Of a stretch of DNA of 64,000 nucleotides, positions 40,382-50,874 are shown one piece after another. The DNA is from Spirochaetia bacterium (lineage in GTDB: Bacteria > Spirochaetota > Spirochaetia > SZUA-6 > Bin103). Positions within the stretch are counted from its first letter, which is position 1, and every line of letters begins with the position of its first letter. The position numbers and the translations under genes were made by a program. The stretch lies in NCBI GenBank assembly GCA_965208575.1, contig CBDBOV010000002.1, positions 160,001 through 224,000 of the forward strand. Direction: 5' to 3'. The notes beneath the pieces are model-generated. The model was not told the DNA's origin. It saw only the letters and a program-made list of their open reading frames with translations, and did no database searches.

Positions 40382-42642
40382 GAACGAGCAAGGCGGCGAC
40401 GCTGGAGAGCGCTCAGGGAGAGGTGGTGCTGGAGGAGGTGGCGATCGACGCCGGCGTGGACGACCTCATGACGGTGGTCGAGGTACGCCAGCGTTACCGC
40501 AACCCCGGCACCGCGCACATCGAGGCGGTGTACACCTTTCCGCTGCCGGTGGAGGCGGTGCTGCTGAAGTTCACGGTGGCGATCGGCGACCGGAATATGG
40601 CCGGCACGGTCGTCGCCCGGACGGAGGCGGAGCGGCGCTACGAGGACGCGGTCACCGACGGCGATGCGGCGGTGCTGCTGGAGCAGGCGCAGCCCGGGCT
40701 GTACACCGCCAGCGTCGGCAACCTGGCCCCGGGCGAGACGGCGACGCTCCGCTTCCGCTACGGGCTGCTGCTGGGGTGGAACGGCGACCTGGTGCGGTTC
40801 GCCATGCCCACGACCATCGCGCCGCGGTACGGTGATCCGTCCACCGGCGGCCTGCAGCCGCACCAGCAACCGGAGTACGGCTTCGACGCCGAACGCTCCT
40901 TTCGGATGCGGGTGTCGGTAAACGGAGTCCTGCAGGGTGCCCGCTGGACATCCCCCTCGCACGACATCGCCGTCACCCCGGACGGCGGGCGCACCGTGAT
41001 CGAGATCGCCCGACCGGCGGCGATGGACCGCGACTGCGTGCTGGAGGCGCGCGCGGCCGGGACGAGTGCGCGCCGGGCGCAGCTCGACCGCGACGATGGC
41101 GACTGGGTGGCGCTGGCGAGCTTCCGCCCCGAGATTCCCGACCTGGACGAGAGCGGCGCCCACCGCTGCGTCAAGATCGTCGTGGACTGCTCCGGCTCCA
41201 TGAGCGGCGACTCGATCGAGCAGGTACGGGTCGCCGGTGAGCGCATTCTCGACAGCCTGCGCCCCGGCGACCGGTTCGATATCGTCGCGTTTGGCAGCCG
41301 CCATCGCGTCCTGTTCGGTCGTGCGATGGCGGCGAGTCGGGCCAACGTCGCCCGCGGGCGCGAGTTCGTGCTCGACCTGGACGCCGACCTCGGCGGTACC
41401 GAGATCGCATCCGCCCTGCGCGCGGCGTACCGCATCGAGAGCGATCCCGGCACACCGCGCGACCTGCTGCTGATCACCGACGGCGAGGTATGGGACACCG
41501 ACTCCACCGTGGCGGAGGCACGCGCGTCCGGCCACCGCATCTTCTCGGTAGGCGTCGGCAGCGCCGTCGCCGAACCGTTCGTCCGCGCCCTCGCCGCGGC
41601 GACCGGCGGCGCCTGCGAACTGGTGACTCCGCGCGAGAACATGGCCGCGCGCATCCACCGTCACTTCCAGCGCATCCTCGCGCCGCCCGCCAAGCGGGCT
41701 CGCGTCATCTGGCCGGCGCCGGTGCGTTACGCGACCCCCGACCCGCTGCCGCCGCCGTACCCCGGCGACACCCTGCACCTGTTCGGGTCGTTCGCGGAGC
41801 GGCCGGAGGGTCCGGTGGTGCTGGAACTGGAGCTTGCGGACGGGCGCACCGTCAGCCACCGCCTGGAGCTCGGCGCGCCTCCTCCCGGAAACGCCGGCGC
41901 GGAAGGCACGAGCGCCATTCGATCCGACCTGGCGCGCATGGGGGCCGCCCGGCGGTTGTCCGCGATTGGCGAGGCGGCGGCGGCGACCGATCTGGCCGTG
42001 CGCTATCAGCTCGTCTCGGAGTGGACCGACTGCCTCGTCGTCCACGTGCGGGCGGATGCCGACAAGGCTGCCGGGCTGCCGAGCCTGGTCAAGGTTCCAC
42101 AGGTTGTGGCCGCCGGCTGGCACGGCATCGGCACCGTGCACGACGCCCCGCCGGTCAGTGCCGCCGCCTACGGCGAGTTGCCACCGCCGACCGCTCGGTC
42201 CTTCAGCGAGCGGGTGCCCGGCCCTTCGCGACTGTCGCCGGTCAGACGACTCAGCCGACGTGCGGCGCAGGCAGCCGACATGGAGCCGCTGCCGGACATG
42301 GTCGCGCCGGTTTCGCCCGGGACCATCGGCTCACCTGCCGAACTCGTTGCGGCGCTCAACCAGCGCTTGCTGCCAGCCGTGCCGACGCTCGAAGAGCTCG
42401 CGGCGCTCGGCACTCCGGACGAGATTATCGCTGGCCTTCGTGCTCTGGTAGATGGAGGCGAGGACGCGCGCGCCGTCGCGGTGATCTTCCTGTACGTGGT
42501 CTGCGAGTCGACGGCCGGCGACGGTCTGGACCGCCAGCGGCGCCGGCTGATCCTCGCCGCCTACAAGAAGCTCCGGCCGCGGGCAGCCGCGGTCGCCGCG
42601 GTCCGGCGCGTCTGGCAGGACGGGAACCCGATCCGACGGTGA
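40378..42642 (+). CDS. VIT + vWA domain protein
   Basis: VIT (QRYRN..IEAVYTFPLP..VGNL), MIDAS DCSGSM, GGTEI, LITDGEV. Confidence 0.88.
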   Translation: MRTSKAATLESAQGEVVLEEVAIDAGVDDLMTVVEVRQRYRNPGTAHIEAVYTFPLPVEAVLLKFTVAIGDRNMAGTVVARTEAERRYEDAVTDGDAAVLLEQAQPGLYTASVGNLAPGETATLRFRYGLLLGWNGDLVRFAMPTTIAPRYGDPSTGGLQPHQQPEYGFDAERSFRMRVSVNGVLQGARWTSPSHDIAVTPDGGRTVIEIARPAAMDRDCVLEARAAGTSARRAQLDRDDGDWVALASFRPEIPDLDESGAHRCVKIVVDCSGSMSGDSIEQVRVAGERILDSLRPGDRFDIVAFGSRHRVLFGRAMAASRANVARGREFVLDLDADLGGTEIASALRAAYRIESDPGTPRDLLLITDGEVWDTDSTVAEARASGHRIFSVGVGSAVAEPFVRALAAATGGACELVTPRENMAARIHRHFQRILAPPAKRARVIWPAPVRYATPDPLPPPYPGDTLHLFGSFAERPEGPVVLELELADGRTVSHRLELGAPPPGNAGAEGTSAIRSDLARMGAARRLSAIGEAAAATDLAVRYQLVSEWTDCLVVHVRADADKAAGLPSLVKVPQVVAAGWHGIGTVHDAPPVSAAAYGELPPPTARSFSERVPGPSRLSPVRRLSRRAAQAADMEPLPDMVAPVSPGTIGSPAELVAALNQRLLPAVPTLEELAALGTPDEIIAGLRALVDGGEDARAVAVIFLYVVCESTAGDGLDRQRRRLILAAYKKLRPRAAAVAAVRRVWQDGNPIRR

Positions 42643-42812
42643 CACCCCGGCCGGCCCGCGACCGACCAGTCAGTGGGTCGAGCCGTCCGCCGTCGCGCTA
42701 CGCGCCGGTCTCACCCGGTGGAGGTTCGACGGCGCGGTGGCCGCCAGCGAGCCTGGCCCGCCGCGATCGGCTTCTGAACCGCGATCCCTGGCTGAGTGCG
42801 GCGCCTGCCAAG

Positions 42813-43202
42813 TCATTGGCAGGCCAATTCGCGGAACGTGTGGGCGATGGCGGCCTTGTCCTTCTCGCCGCGGGCTACCGCCATCATGAGTGGATAGAGC
42901 CTGCCTTCGTGATCGCTGAGTGCTACTCCGTTGAGATCGAGAAACACGAGCGCCGCCGCCAACGCCAAGCGCTTGTTGCCGTCGATGAACGGATGGTTCT
43001 GACACAGGTGATACGCGTACGCGGCAGCCATCTCCAGCAGATCGCCGTGAAGGTATTGGCCGCCGAACGAAGCTTGCGGGACCGTGATCGCAGAACTGAC
43101 CAATCCCAGGTCGCGTACGCCGAACTCACCTCCATACCGCGTCGTCTGATCGCACAGAATCGCCAGGACCTCCGCGAGGGTAAGGAATCGAGGTGTCTCC
43201 AT
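42813..43202 (-). CDS. doc: Doc/Fic family toxin
   Basis: Fic motif HPFIDGNKR. Confidence 0.88.
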   Translation of the reverse strand: METPRFLTLAEVLAILCDQTTRYGGEFGVRDLGLVSSAITVPQASFGGQYLHGDLLEMAAAYAYHLCQNHPFIDGNKRLALAAALVFLDLNGVALSDHEGRLYPLMMAVARGEKDKAAIAHTFRELACQ

Positions 43203-43427
43203 TCATTCGGCGAGGCGTCTCAGCGTCGGCGCGAACGTCCGGTTGATTCGCTCCAGGGACGTGCGGAACTCATCCTCGGAAAGCGAAGTCGCCGGAGAGA
43301 TCACCAGACTGCGCCCATCGGTCGCGATCTCGAGCGGAGTGTCCATCGTGACGTTGAGCAGTTCCAGGATCGGCTTGTCGATGATCAGGGCAGCGCTGTT
43401 CCCATGCCGCACGAGCGTCTTGGTCAT
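43203..43427 (-). CDS. AbrB/MazE-type antitoxin of doc
   Basis: MTKTLVRHGNSAALIIDKPILELL..LRRLAE. Confidence 0.85.
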   Translation of the reverse strand: MTKTLVRHGNSAALIIDKPILELLNVTMDTPLEIATDGRSLVISPATSLSEDEFRTSLERINRTFAPTLRRLAE

Positions 43428-45100
43428 GCCACGACCGTATATACGTCGTGTATCCTCGTCAAGGTAAACGGACGTTCCGCATGCGTGCCGCGGGCCAACG
43501 ACGCCGCCGCGAACCCGCGAGCCGATGGCTCGGTGCCCCCAACTGCTGTGGGCGACACCCGGCTGCATGCGAGCGGCGACACATACGCGGCTGCGGTTCG
43601 GGCGGTGGTGTGCCGTTGCGGGCGGCGAAGCGGCGGCGGGTTCGAACCGGCGGCGTGCCATGCGGCCGGCATGGGCTGGAGAAACTGCATATGCTGCTGT
43701 CGCACACGGTTCCGCACCTGACGCTCGGCGGGCTGGTGGCGCGGCTGGTGCGCGACGGCCTGGACCGCTACGACCCGGCGCGACCGCGGCGTGCGCGGCG
43801 CACCGGCCGTCGCGGCTTGGTCGAGGGCGCGCAAACCGTGAGCAGGCCGGCACGCCGTGATGTGGAGGCAATGCAGCGGAACGTGGTGCGCGCGCACGGG
43901 ACCGATGTCGAGCGGCCGAGCGAAGCCGAGCGGGGTGACAGATCGTTGACGGCAGATGCGAGTGGCACTCCCCGTCCTTCGGCGGCGAAGCGGCATACGC
44001 AAGGCGAATGCGGCACACGAAGTCCGCGCCGGTGCGGGACGGCGGCGGTCGCGCCGATTCGGAGGCGAAGCCCTCGGCCGCCGAGCACGGCGGCGCTGCG
44101 TTGGGGGTACCGAACAGCGGCGGGCACACCGCTTCGCGAGGGAAGCGCGAGTCCCAGGACGAACTCGGTCGCCCGTCGCCCGCGGTGGCGCAGGACGGCA
44201 GCGGTCGGGCGGCCTCGGCGGCGAAGCGGCATGGGCGAGCCGACGGCGATGGCCGGGACGCCGGTGCGGGCGGTGTCGTGGGCCGTGCGACGTGCGCGGC
44301 TGGACCGCGGTTCGACGCCGACCGGCGCACCGCGTCGCGGGCACCGGGGTCAGGGCGGCCGCCGGTTCCCGACTTCGCCGGCGAAGCGGCTTGCGTCCGC
44401 CGCCGGGGGTGGCGCTGCCGGGCTGGCGGAGCGTTCGCCGGCCCTGGAGCGGCACCTCGCCGCGTTGCGCTGCGTCGGCGCAGTGCCGGGCTCCCGGTCA
44501 CGGTACATCCCGGCGGCGGTGCGGCGCGAGGTGTGGCGCCGCGACGAGGGTTGTTGCAGCTACGTCGACGTCCGTAGCGGGCGGCGCTGCGGCTCCCGCT
44601 ATCGGTTGGAGATCGACCACATCGTGCCGTTCGCGCTCGGCGGCACTGCCGAGCTTTCCAACTTGCGCGTTGTATGTGAAGCGTGGGATTATGTGAAGTG
44701 ATTTAACTTAAATCATGGTAGACAGATAATTTGTGTCGACGATCACTTCGCATTATGAGAAGGAGTCTATCCGAGCTGTGCCCGAGAGCAGCGTGCGCTA
44801 GCCATAGCCGGCGTCGCCGGGCACAGTTCGGATAGGGTTGATTGAACTAAACCGCGGGCCTATCTATGGGGCTTGGAATGCCGGTATCGCGTGCCGGCGG
44901 AGTGCTGAGCGTGGTGGGGAACGCCCAGGCTGACGAAGAAAGACCGGGAAGCGGTGATGTTGCCGTGCGATGCGGCGGCGGCGCGCGGTTGGCGGGCAGA
45001 TCTCGGGTTCCCGACGGGCACGGATGCGCTCGGGCAGCGACAAAAGGGCTGCCAGAGAGGCGAGTGCTGGAGTCGAGCCGACGGCGTGGTGGCGATTGCT

Positions 45101-46297
45101 TCATGCGGTGTCGGGTGGACCACGGCGAAGCGGCCGGTATTCCCAGGTGGTTTGGGAGCGGAATTCCTGGATACGCCGCATGGTTCGTTGCTGACACGCA
45201 GGACAGCGCTCGCCATCATCGGTGGAAGTTTCGAGAGCAGGTGCAGCAATCATTTCGTTGCCGGTGGTGCGCGCGATCAGGCGGCGGCACAGCGGCAGTT
45301 TCTCCTTGCGGGCACGATTGGCGAGAAATCCGTAGTGACGAATGCGGACGAAGCGATCGGGCAGGACGTGCTGCAGGAAACGACGCAGAAATTCGACCGC
45401 ATCGAGTTGCATCATGCGGTGCCGGTGGCCACCAGCATAGTCCTGGTAGCGGAAGCGCACCGAGTCCGCGTCAGCCGCCGTGATCCTGCTGTTGGCGATG
45501 GCGACGCGATGGGTGTAGCGGGCGAGATATTTCAGCACCTGCTCGGGGCCGCCGAAGGGTGGCTTGGAATACACCACCCACTGCTTGGCGCGCAGTTGCT
45601 CGCAGAGTGCTCGGAAACGACCGGGATCAGCCAACTCGGCAAGGGCACCGTGGAACTGGAGGCGGTCGGCAGCGAAGTGTTCCTGCAGCGCCGCCAGCAT
45701 CTTGCCGCGAAACAGTTTCGAGAGAACCCGGACCGGGAGGAAGAAGCCGTTGCGGCAGGATATCCAGTCGGCGCCGTCGGGTGACAGCCCGCCGCCGGGG
45801 ATGACGCAGTGGAGATGGGGATGGTGCACGAGCGTCTGGCCCCAGGTGTGCAGCACGGCGATGAAGCCGATGTCGGCGCCCAGATGTTTGGGATCGGCGG
45901 CGATGGTCTTGAGGGTAGCTGCGGTGGCAGCGAACAGGGCGCCGTAGATTGCGCGTTGGTTCTGCAGTGCCAGCGGGGCAAGTTCGGTCGGCAGGGTGAA
46001 GACGAGGTGGAAATAGGGCACCGGCAGCAGATCCTGGCAGCGATTCTCCAGCCAGGTGGCGCGCTGCTGCGCCTGGCACTTCGGACAGTGGCGATTGCGG
46101 CAGGAGTTGTACGATACGCGTACCTCGCCACAGGCATCGCACGCATCGACGTGGCCGCCGAGTTTGGCGGTGCGACAAGCTGCGAGGTCGCGCATGACGC
46201 GCTGCTGGGCCTGCGACACCCGCAAGGCCGGCACGCGGCCATCGGCAGCTGCCAGGGTACGGATGACGTCGGCCACCTCGAAGGGTGGCTGGGGCAC
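45101..46297 (-). CDS. IS91-family (HUH, Y2) transposase
   Basis: Zn-binding YNSCRNRHCPKC, HLVFTLP, LHTWG..HPHLH, YLARYTHRVAI, RIRHYGFL. Confidence 0.93.
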   Translation of the reverse strand: MPQPPFEVADVIRTLAAADGRVPALRVSQAQQRVMRDLAACRTAKLGGHVDACDACGEVRVSYNSCRNRHCPKCQAQQRATWLENRCQDLLPVPYFHLVFTLPTELAPLALQNQRAIYGALFAATAATLKTIAADPKHLGADIGFIAVLHTWGQTLVHHPHLHCVIPGGGLSPDGADWISCRNGFFLPVRVLSKLFRGKMLAALQEHFAADRLQFHGALAELADPGRFRALCEQLRAKQWVVYSKPPFGGPEQVLKYLARYTHRVAIANSRITAADADSVRFRYQDYAGGHRHRMMQLDAVEFLRRFLQHVLPDRFVRIRHYGFLANRARKEKLPLCRRLIARTTGNEMIAAPALETSTDDGERCPACQQRTMRRIQEFRSQTTWEYRPLRRGPPDTA

Positions 46298-46304
46298 GGC
46301 TCGC

Positions 46305-47148
46305 TCAGCGCAGCGGCGGCAACGACTCCAGTGGGCTCTCGACCGCGGTGATGCGCTTGCGGGTGACGTGGGTGTAGATCACGGTACTCCTGATCGAGGC
46401 GTGCCCGAGCAGCGCCTGAACGGTGCGCAGATCGGTGCCGGATTCGAGCAGATGGGTGGCGAAACAGTGGCGCATGGTGTGCGGGGATACAGGCTTGCCG
46501 GCGACGACGTGGCGCACCTTGGCGATGGCCTGCGCCACCGCATCCCTGGTGACGTGGCGGTCGGGATAGGTCCTGCTGGGAAACAGCCAGGAGCGCGGCC
46601 GATAGCGTTGGTAGTGGCAGCGCAAGTGGTGCAGCAGGGCCGGCGACAAGGTCACCAAACGATCCTTGCGGCCCTTGCCTTGCACGGCATGCAGCAGCAT
46701 CCGCTTGCTGTCGATGTCTGCGACTCTCAGCGAGACCGCCTCGGAAACGCGCAGCCCGGCCGCATACAGGGTGATGGCGATGACGCGGTTCTGCGGGTTG
46801 GTGATCGCTTCGAGTACGGCGCGCACCTGGTCCTGGCTCAACACCAGCGGCAGCTTCTTGGGCTGCTTGGCGAACGGGATGGACTCGATGTGCCAGTCCT
46901 GTGCCGAGGGTCTTGAGGTACAGGAAGCGGAGCGCGCAGACCGCCTGATTGAAGCTACCCCAGCCCAGATTTCGCTCCTGCACCAAGTGCAGTTGATAGA
47001 CCCGTAAGTCGTCGAGCCCGAGAAGTTCCGGAGAGCGGTTGAAGTAGCGAGCAAACAACGCGACCTGGCGGACGTAGTATTCGATGGTGTGCGGCGACAG
47101 GTTGCGCACCTGCATGTCTTCGATCATTCTCTGGCGCAGTGGTGTCAT
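46305..47148 (-). pseudogene. tyrosine recombinase/integrase, frameshifted near 46902
   Basis: MTPLRQRMIEDM N-domain in one frame; YAAGLRVSE, KGRKDR, HTMRHCFATH, LLGH..TVIYTH in another. Confidence 0.85.
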
Positions 47149-47736
47149 GATGGACTCCTCCTCGTGTCGAGACACGTGGACCATCAGCCCCCGGGGCGGC
47201 GCTTCGCTCCGGGGGCAACCACCTGTCTCCCGGTTAGTAGCGTTCAGACACCATATGAGCGTTGCGTTTGGGAAGGGGCTCCCGCATCGCGACGGCAGGC
47301 GCCCCTACCGCGGAGCGGTTTAGTTCAAGATTCTTTATGTGAAGCTTCACATAACGCGTTCGCTGCCGTGCGCACCACAGGTTGCGCCACGCTCAGCGCC
47401 ATGCTCACGCCGAGCGTGTGCCGACTGAAGCGGCCGCTTGGTGACAGCGTGGCGCTACGGGCCGCTGCCGGCGAACGCGGCTACCTGTACTTTCGCTCGG
47501 CTGCCCGCCGTGGGCAGTGTGCGGGGTGCGCCGCGGCAGTGCGCGGGGTGCGGCGCGGCCTACTGCAGGAGATCGAGCGCCAGGGCCGCTTGGCTCCGGA
47601 CACCCGCTGGGAGGACGCGCTGGCAAGGCCCGGCGCCTCGCTGACCGCGTTCGACGACAAGGCGGTGTACCGCGCCCACGATGGCGGCGTGCGCGTGCGG
47701 CGGCTGCGCAGTCCCCACGCACTGGGGCAGCGTTGG

Positions 47737-48208
47737 CCGGCTGCCGGCCCGCCTGGTGCTGCCTACATCGCCAGCCAGGTGGTGGGCGCGGTGCTGGCCA
47801 GCTTCGCCCTGTCGCTGCTGCTGCCGGCGCACCGCGGCCTGATGGGCGCCCATGTTCCGGCCATCCCGGCGGCGCCGTCGGTGGCGATGGAGGTGATTCT
47901 CACCTTCCTCCTGATGTTCGTGATCCTCGTGGTGATCGGCTTCCTGAATGCGGCCGCCGGCGCCGACAGGATCAACCGGCAGCCGTCGTCCGGCCTCGCG
48001 GTCGGGAGCGGTGGTGGCGCTGGCGATCTGGTTCGCCGGCCCCACCAGCGGCGCCTCCATGACCCCGGCGCGCTCCCTGGCCCCGGCCCTGTTCGCGGTA
48101 GAGCCGCTGCAGTACCTGTGGATCTACGTCATCGGCCCGGTCGGCGGCGCCCTCCTCGTCGTCCTCACCGGCCGCCTCATCCGCCACACCAGCCGATCCG
48201 GAATCTGA
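47737..48208 (+). pseudogene. truncated, frameshifted MIP aquaporin paralog
   Basis: Near-identical to ~60718-61175; lacks the N-terminus; frameshift near 48007; second NPA changed to TPA. Confidence 0.85.
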
Positions 48209-48664
48209 CTACGGGTAATTCGAGCGTGCTGGATGAGTTGCCTTCACACAGTACGAGACCAGGTCGCCTACAAGCGCAGCTTGCGGAGACCCCGCACCGG
48301 GAAAGCCGAAGATCTCACAGTGCGATCGGTCAGCCGGGTGGCGTTCGTCTCGCGGCAGAGGTCGTCGCTCGAATCGCAGGATCGCTTGGTCACGAGCCCG
48401 TTCCTTTGTGTCGCCAACATTCAACTGTGCCAGGCACCCTCTGGTTTTCATTGAGATCCGCGAAAGCCGCCGCACCTCTTCGACTTGTTCCAGCGTGGGC
48501 TTGGTCGCAAAACACTCTAGCCAATTCACGGAAAGCCCGGCCTCTCCTGACCGCAAACAGAACGCCGATCCATCGGGGCGACCATCGTCTCCCATGGATG
48601 ATGGTTTTATGTAGCGAACTACATGATCCTCGTCACGTAGTTCGCTATCGTTTATTCTCGCCAA
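48209..48664 (-). CDS. hypothetical protein, possible ART/RES-like toxin
   Basis: 151 aa with HVVRY..SAF..GLSVNWLE..SHCEI pattern; overlaps the upstream gene. Confidence 0.55.
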   Translation of the reverse strand: MARINDSELRDEDHVVRYIKPSSMGDDGRPDGSAFCLRSGEAGLSVNWLECFATKPTLEQVEEVRRLSRISMKTRGCLAQLNVGDTKERARDQAILRFERRPLPRDERHPADRSHCEIFGFPGAGSPQAALVGDLVSYCVKATHPARSNYP

Positions 48665-49416
48665 CTGAGAAACGACGAAAGGCCCGACGTTCGAATCTGT
48701 TCTTGTACTCCCTCAAGGGTGTCCTGGCCCGCCTTCGGAGCGATCCGTGTAGATCCTGTGCGTCGTGTCCAGATCACGTACTCCACCCATCGGTCGCCGA
48801 GGAATTGGAGACCAATGTGCTTGTCGCCACTCCCGCGCCAAACCGCGCGGAGATTACCGTTGTCGGTAACGACGACATTCGCCCTGCGCGTGAACGGATT
48901 CGAGCGCATGAACTCCCAGAAGTCTCTTTCGGAAGCGGCCCTGAAGGGGATCTCGTCGAGCATGGCGTCGTGCTTCAGGGCTGCGATCCTATTCCTATAT
49001 TCTTGTTCCGTCTCGTGAGCTTGGTTCCGCCTACTCTCCAATTCGCTAAAGAACTGAGTCCATGGATCAGTGTTCCAAATTGGTGGGAGCGTCTGTGTGG
49101 TTCCCCCTTCATCACCGGCTCTGCTCGTTTCCAAGACCACTAGACGCAAGGAGGGTGATAGGTCATGGGCTGGAAACTGTTTCCACACCGGGCAGTTACG
49201 GATCTGTGCCGTGGTCTTTGACTCGTAGTTGCCCTCCCCCGGCCAGAAGCCGACAGTCGCGAAGGCGGGAAGCATCGAATTCGGTTGCTCTGGTCTCGCA
49301 CTCCTGCATAGCACGGCCTCACTTCGGCGAAAATCCTGGTCAAAGGCTGCCGTACGCCAAGGGCCGGGTTCTAAGAACTGAAGCTGATTGTATTCTGAGA
49401 TGGCAGTCCTACTCAT
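48652..49416 (-). CDS. hypothetical protein (middle gene of the three-gene module)
   Basis: ATG overlaps the end of the TIGR04255-like gene; open to 48652; lower GC. Confidence 0.6.
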   Translation of the reverse strand: MSRTAISEYNQLQFLEPGPWRTAAFDQDFRRSEAVLCRSARPEQPNSMLPAFATVGFWPGEGNYESKTTAQIRNCPVWKQFPAHDLSPSLRLVVLETSRAGDEGGTTQTLPPIWNTDPWTQFFSELESRRNQAHETEQEYRNRIAALKHDAMLDEIPFRAASERDFWEFMRSNPFTRRANVVVTDNGNLRAVWRGSGDKHIGLQFLGDRWVEYVIWTRRTGSTRIAPKAGQDTLEGVQEQIRTSGLSSFLSWRE

Positions 49417-50185
49417 GTGGGGTTTGCTTGCGCTCCCAGTTTTCGAATTGGATTCTCTCACTCGTAATCTCAAGAAAGCAGTCCATGATTGCCGTGTGAG
49501 CTCGATCAAACCAACGATCAGCCGCAGATTTCGGAATACTTCCGACCTGTTCCGTCGCCTTAATCTCAAACACAAGAATGGGCGTGCTGTTGGCGTGACT
49601 CGTAGTTCCACTACGTACAGCCACTTGCAGGTGTATTCTTTCCGGCGCGTAAAACCCGAAGTTACAGTTGAAGCCAACAGAATCCCAGCCCTCAACCACG
49701 GGTTGAAGCAGGCAGAAGGAGGGGAGAATCTTGTTCGTGTCTTGTGGCCCGGCCCAGAAGTCACACTCTTGGATTGCGTTCACGTATGTGAGTTCGCACA
49801 TATCGATCGCCTGCTCCGAAGACGGGACTTCAGCACGAATGAACTCCGAAAAAAGGGCGTAGTATCTGTCGAAACGTGGTTTGATCTTGTGATATCTCGG
49901 GTACGCATCCTCTTGGCGTCGCCAATTGAACATGAATGCGTTCTTTTGAATCTGTATGAGACTAATGCCATCGACTGCAGTAAACCAATAGCGGGGCATT
50001 GGGAAAACGTCACCGCCGACCGGGATTTCTGTGCCTACTGGTGGTTGTTGACGCACGGTCGGAAACTCGCTCTTGATCTGCTCCCAGAACAGACCAATGT
50101 GTTCACTGCGCAAATCGAAGGGAGGCTTGAAGTACGTGGCGATCACGACTTCGTTTATGGGTGGGTTTTTGAAGTAGACTGACAT
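49409..50185 (-). CDS. TIGR04255-like protein
   Basis: FKNPPINEVV, RYWF..LIQIQ..FMFNWR..YPRY, ELTYVN, WFDRAH..F..IT. Confidence 0.75.
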   Translation of the reverse strand: MSVYFKNPPINEVVIATYFKPPFDLRSEHIGLFWEQIKSEFPTVRQQPPVGTEIPVGGDVFPMPRYWFTAVDGISLIQIQKNAFMFNWRRQEDAYPRYHKIKPRFDRYYALFSEFIRAEVPSSEQAIDMCELTYVNAIQECDFWAGPQDTNKILPSFCLLQPVVEGWDSVGFNCNFGFYAPERIHLQVAVRSGTTSHANSTPILVFEIKATEQVGSIPKSAADRWFDRAHTAIMDCFLEITSERIQFENWERKQTPHE

Positions 50186-50344
50186 CGATACGAGGTTGTT
50201 CACTCCGGTGCCGGGCTCGCAGGTTACGTGGGGACTCGGCAAGCAAGCGTATTGCAGCTTCAGTAGTCAGGGTAGCGGCAATCGCGTGGGCGGACAAGCG
50301 GCGGGACAGGTTCTTGCGCTGCCTTTGGAGTGAAGCGTCGCCAA

Positions 50345-50630
50345 CGATGTGAGGCGAGGTCGGTGCGCAGGTCGGCGGCGACCTGGTCGCGGGTGGTGCG
50401 GAAGGCGGTGCCGACCCGGTCGGCGAGGCCGGTGGCCTTGGCGGGGTCGGGGAAGCTGTGGTGCAGGCGCCGGGCAGCATCGGGCAGCGCTCGCGGGCGT
50501 CGCACACCGTCACCACGAGGTCGAACGGTTGCCCGCGGTAGTCGTCGACCTGGTTGGAGGGGTGCCCGGAGGTGTCGATGCCCACCTCCACCGAGGCGGC
50601 CACCGCGGCGGGGTTGAGGCCGTGCGGGTC
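50345..50630 (-). pseudogene. arsenate reductase (LMW-PTP ArsC) remnant
   Basis: PHGLNP.AV..EVGIDTSGH..FDLVVTVCD.ARERCP / HHSFPDPA..AFRTTRDQ; catalytic N-terminus missing and frameshifted. Confidence 0.75.
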
Positions 50631-50874
50631 GTCGTCGTCGGCCGCAACCTGCAGTTGCTCTGGGAGTACAGCAGGTCCGGCCCTCGACGCTGGCGCTCGG
50701 GCGGTCGCCTTCGATGACGCATGTGACCGGTTGGGGCAAGGCGACCGATTTCGGAGGTAAGCTACCACATTGAGACGCTCTGACGATCAAGGTTATCTTG
50801 AAGATATGGGCGAAAGGTGCAGCTTGCGGCATATCCCGACGATGTCACCCGGTACGGAAGTCGGTTCGGAGCGC

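Larger units (their letters stand above)
44672..47354 (-). mobile_element. IS91-type transposase + tyrosine recombinase element
   Basis: CGCGTT duplicated at 44666-44671 and 47355-47360; end arms GTATGTGAAGC / GCTTCACATAA; inner IR TTGAACTAAACCGC (44842) / GCGGTTTAGTTCAA (47315). Confidence 0.88.
43485..47435 (+). pseudogene. HNH element copy B, 5'-deleted and interrupted by the IS91/integrase element
   Basis: 43485-43665 matches ~57400-57580, then jumps to the equivalent of ~58807; HNH region (CGSRYRLEIDHIVP) is cut at 44671 and resumes at 47355. Confidence 0.8.

Noticed and set aside
47440-47736. Coding-like fragment (LLQEIERQGRL..FDDKAVYRAH)
   Set aside because: Probably a gene remnant, but I cannot assign a family or boundaries.
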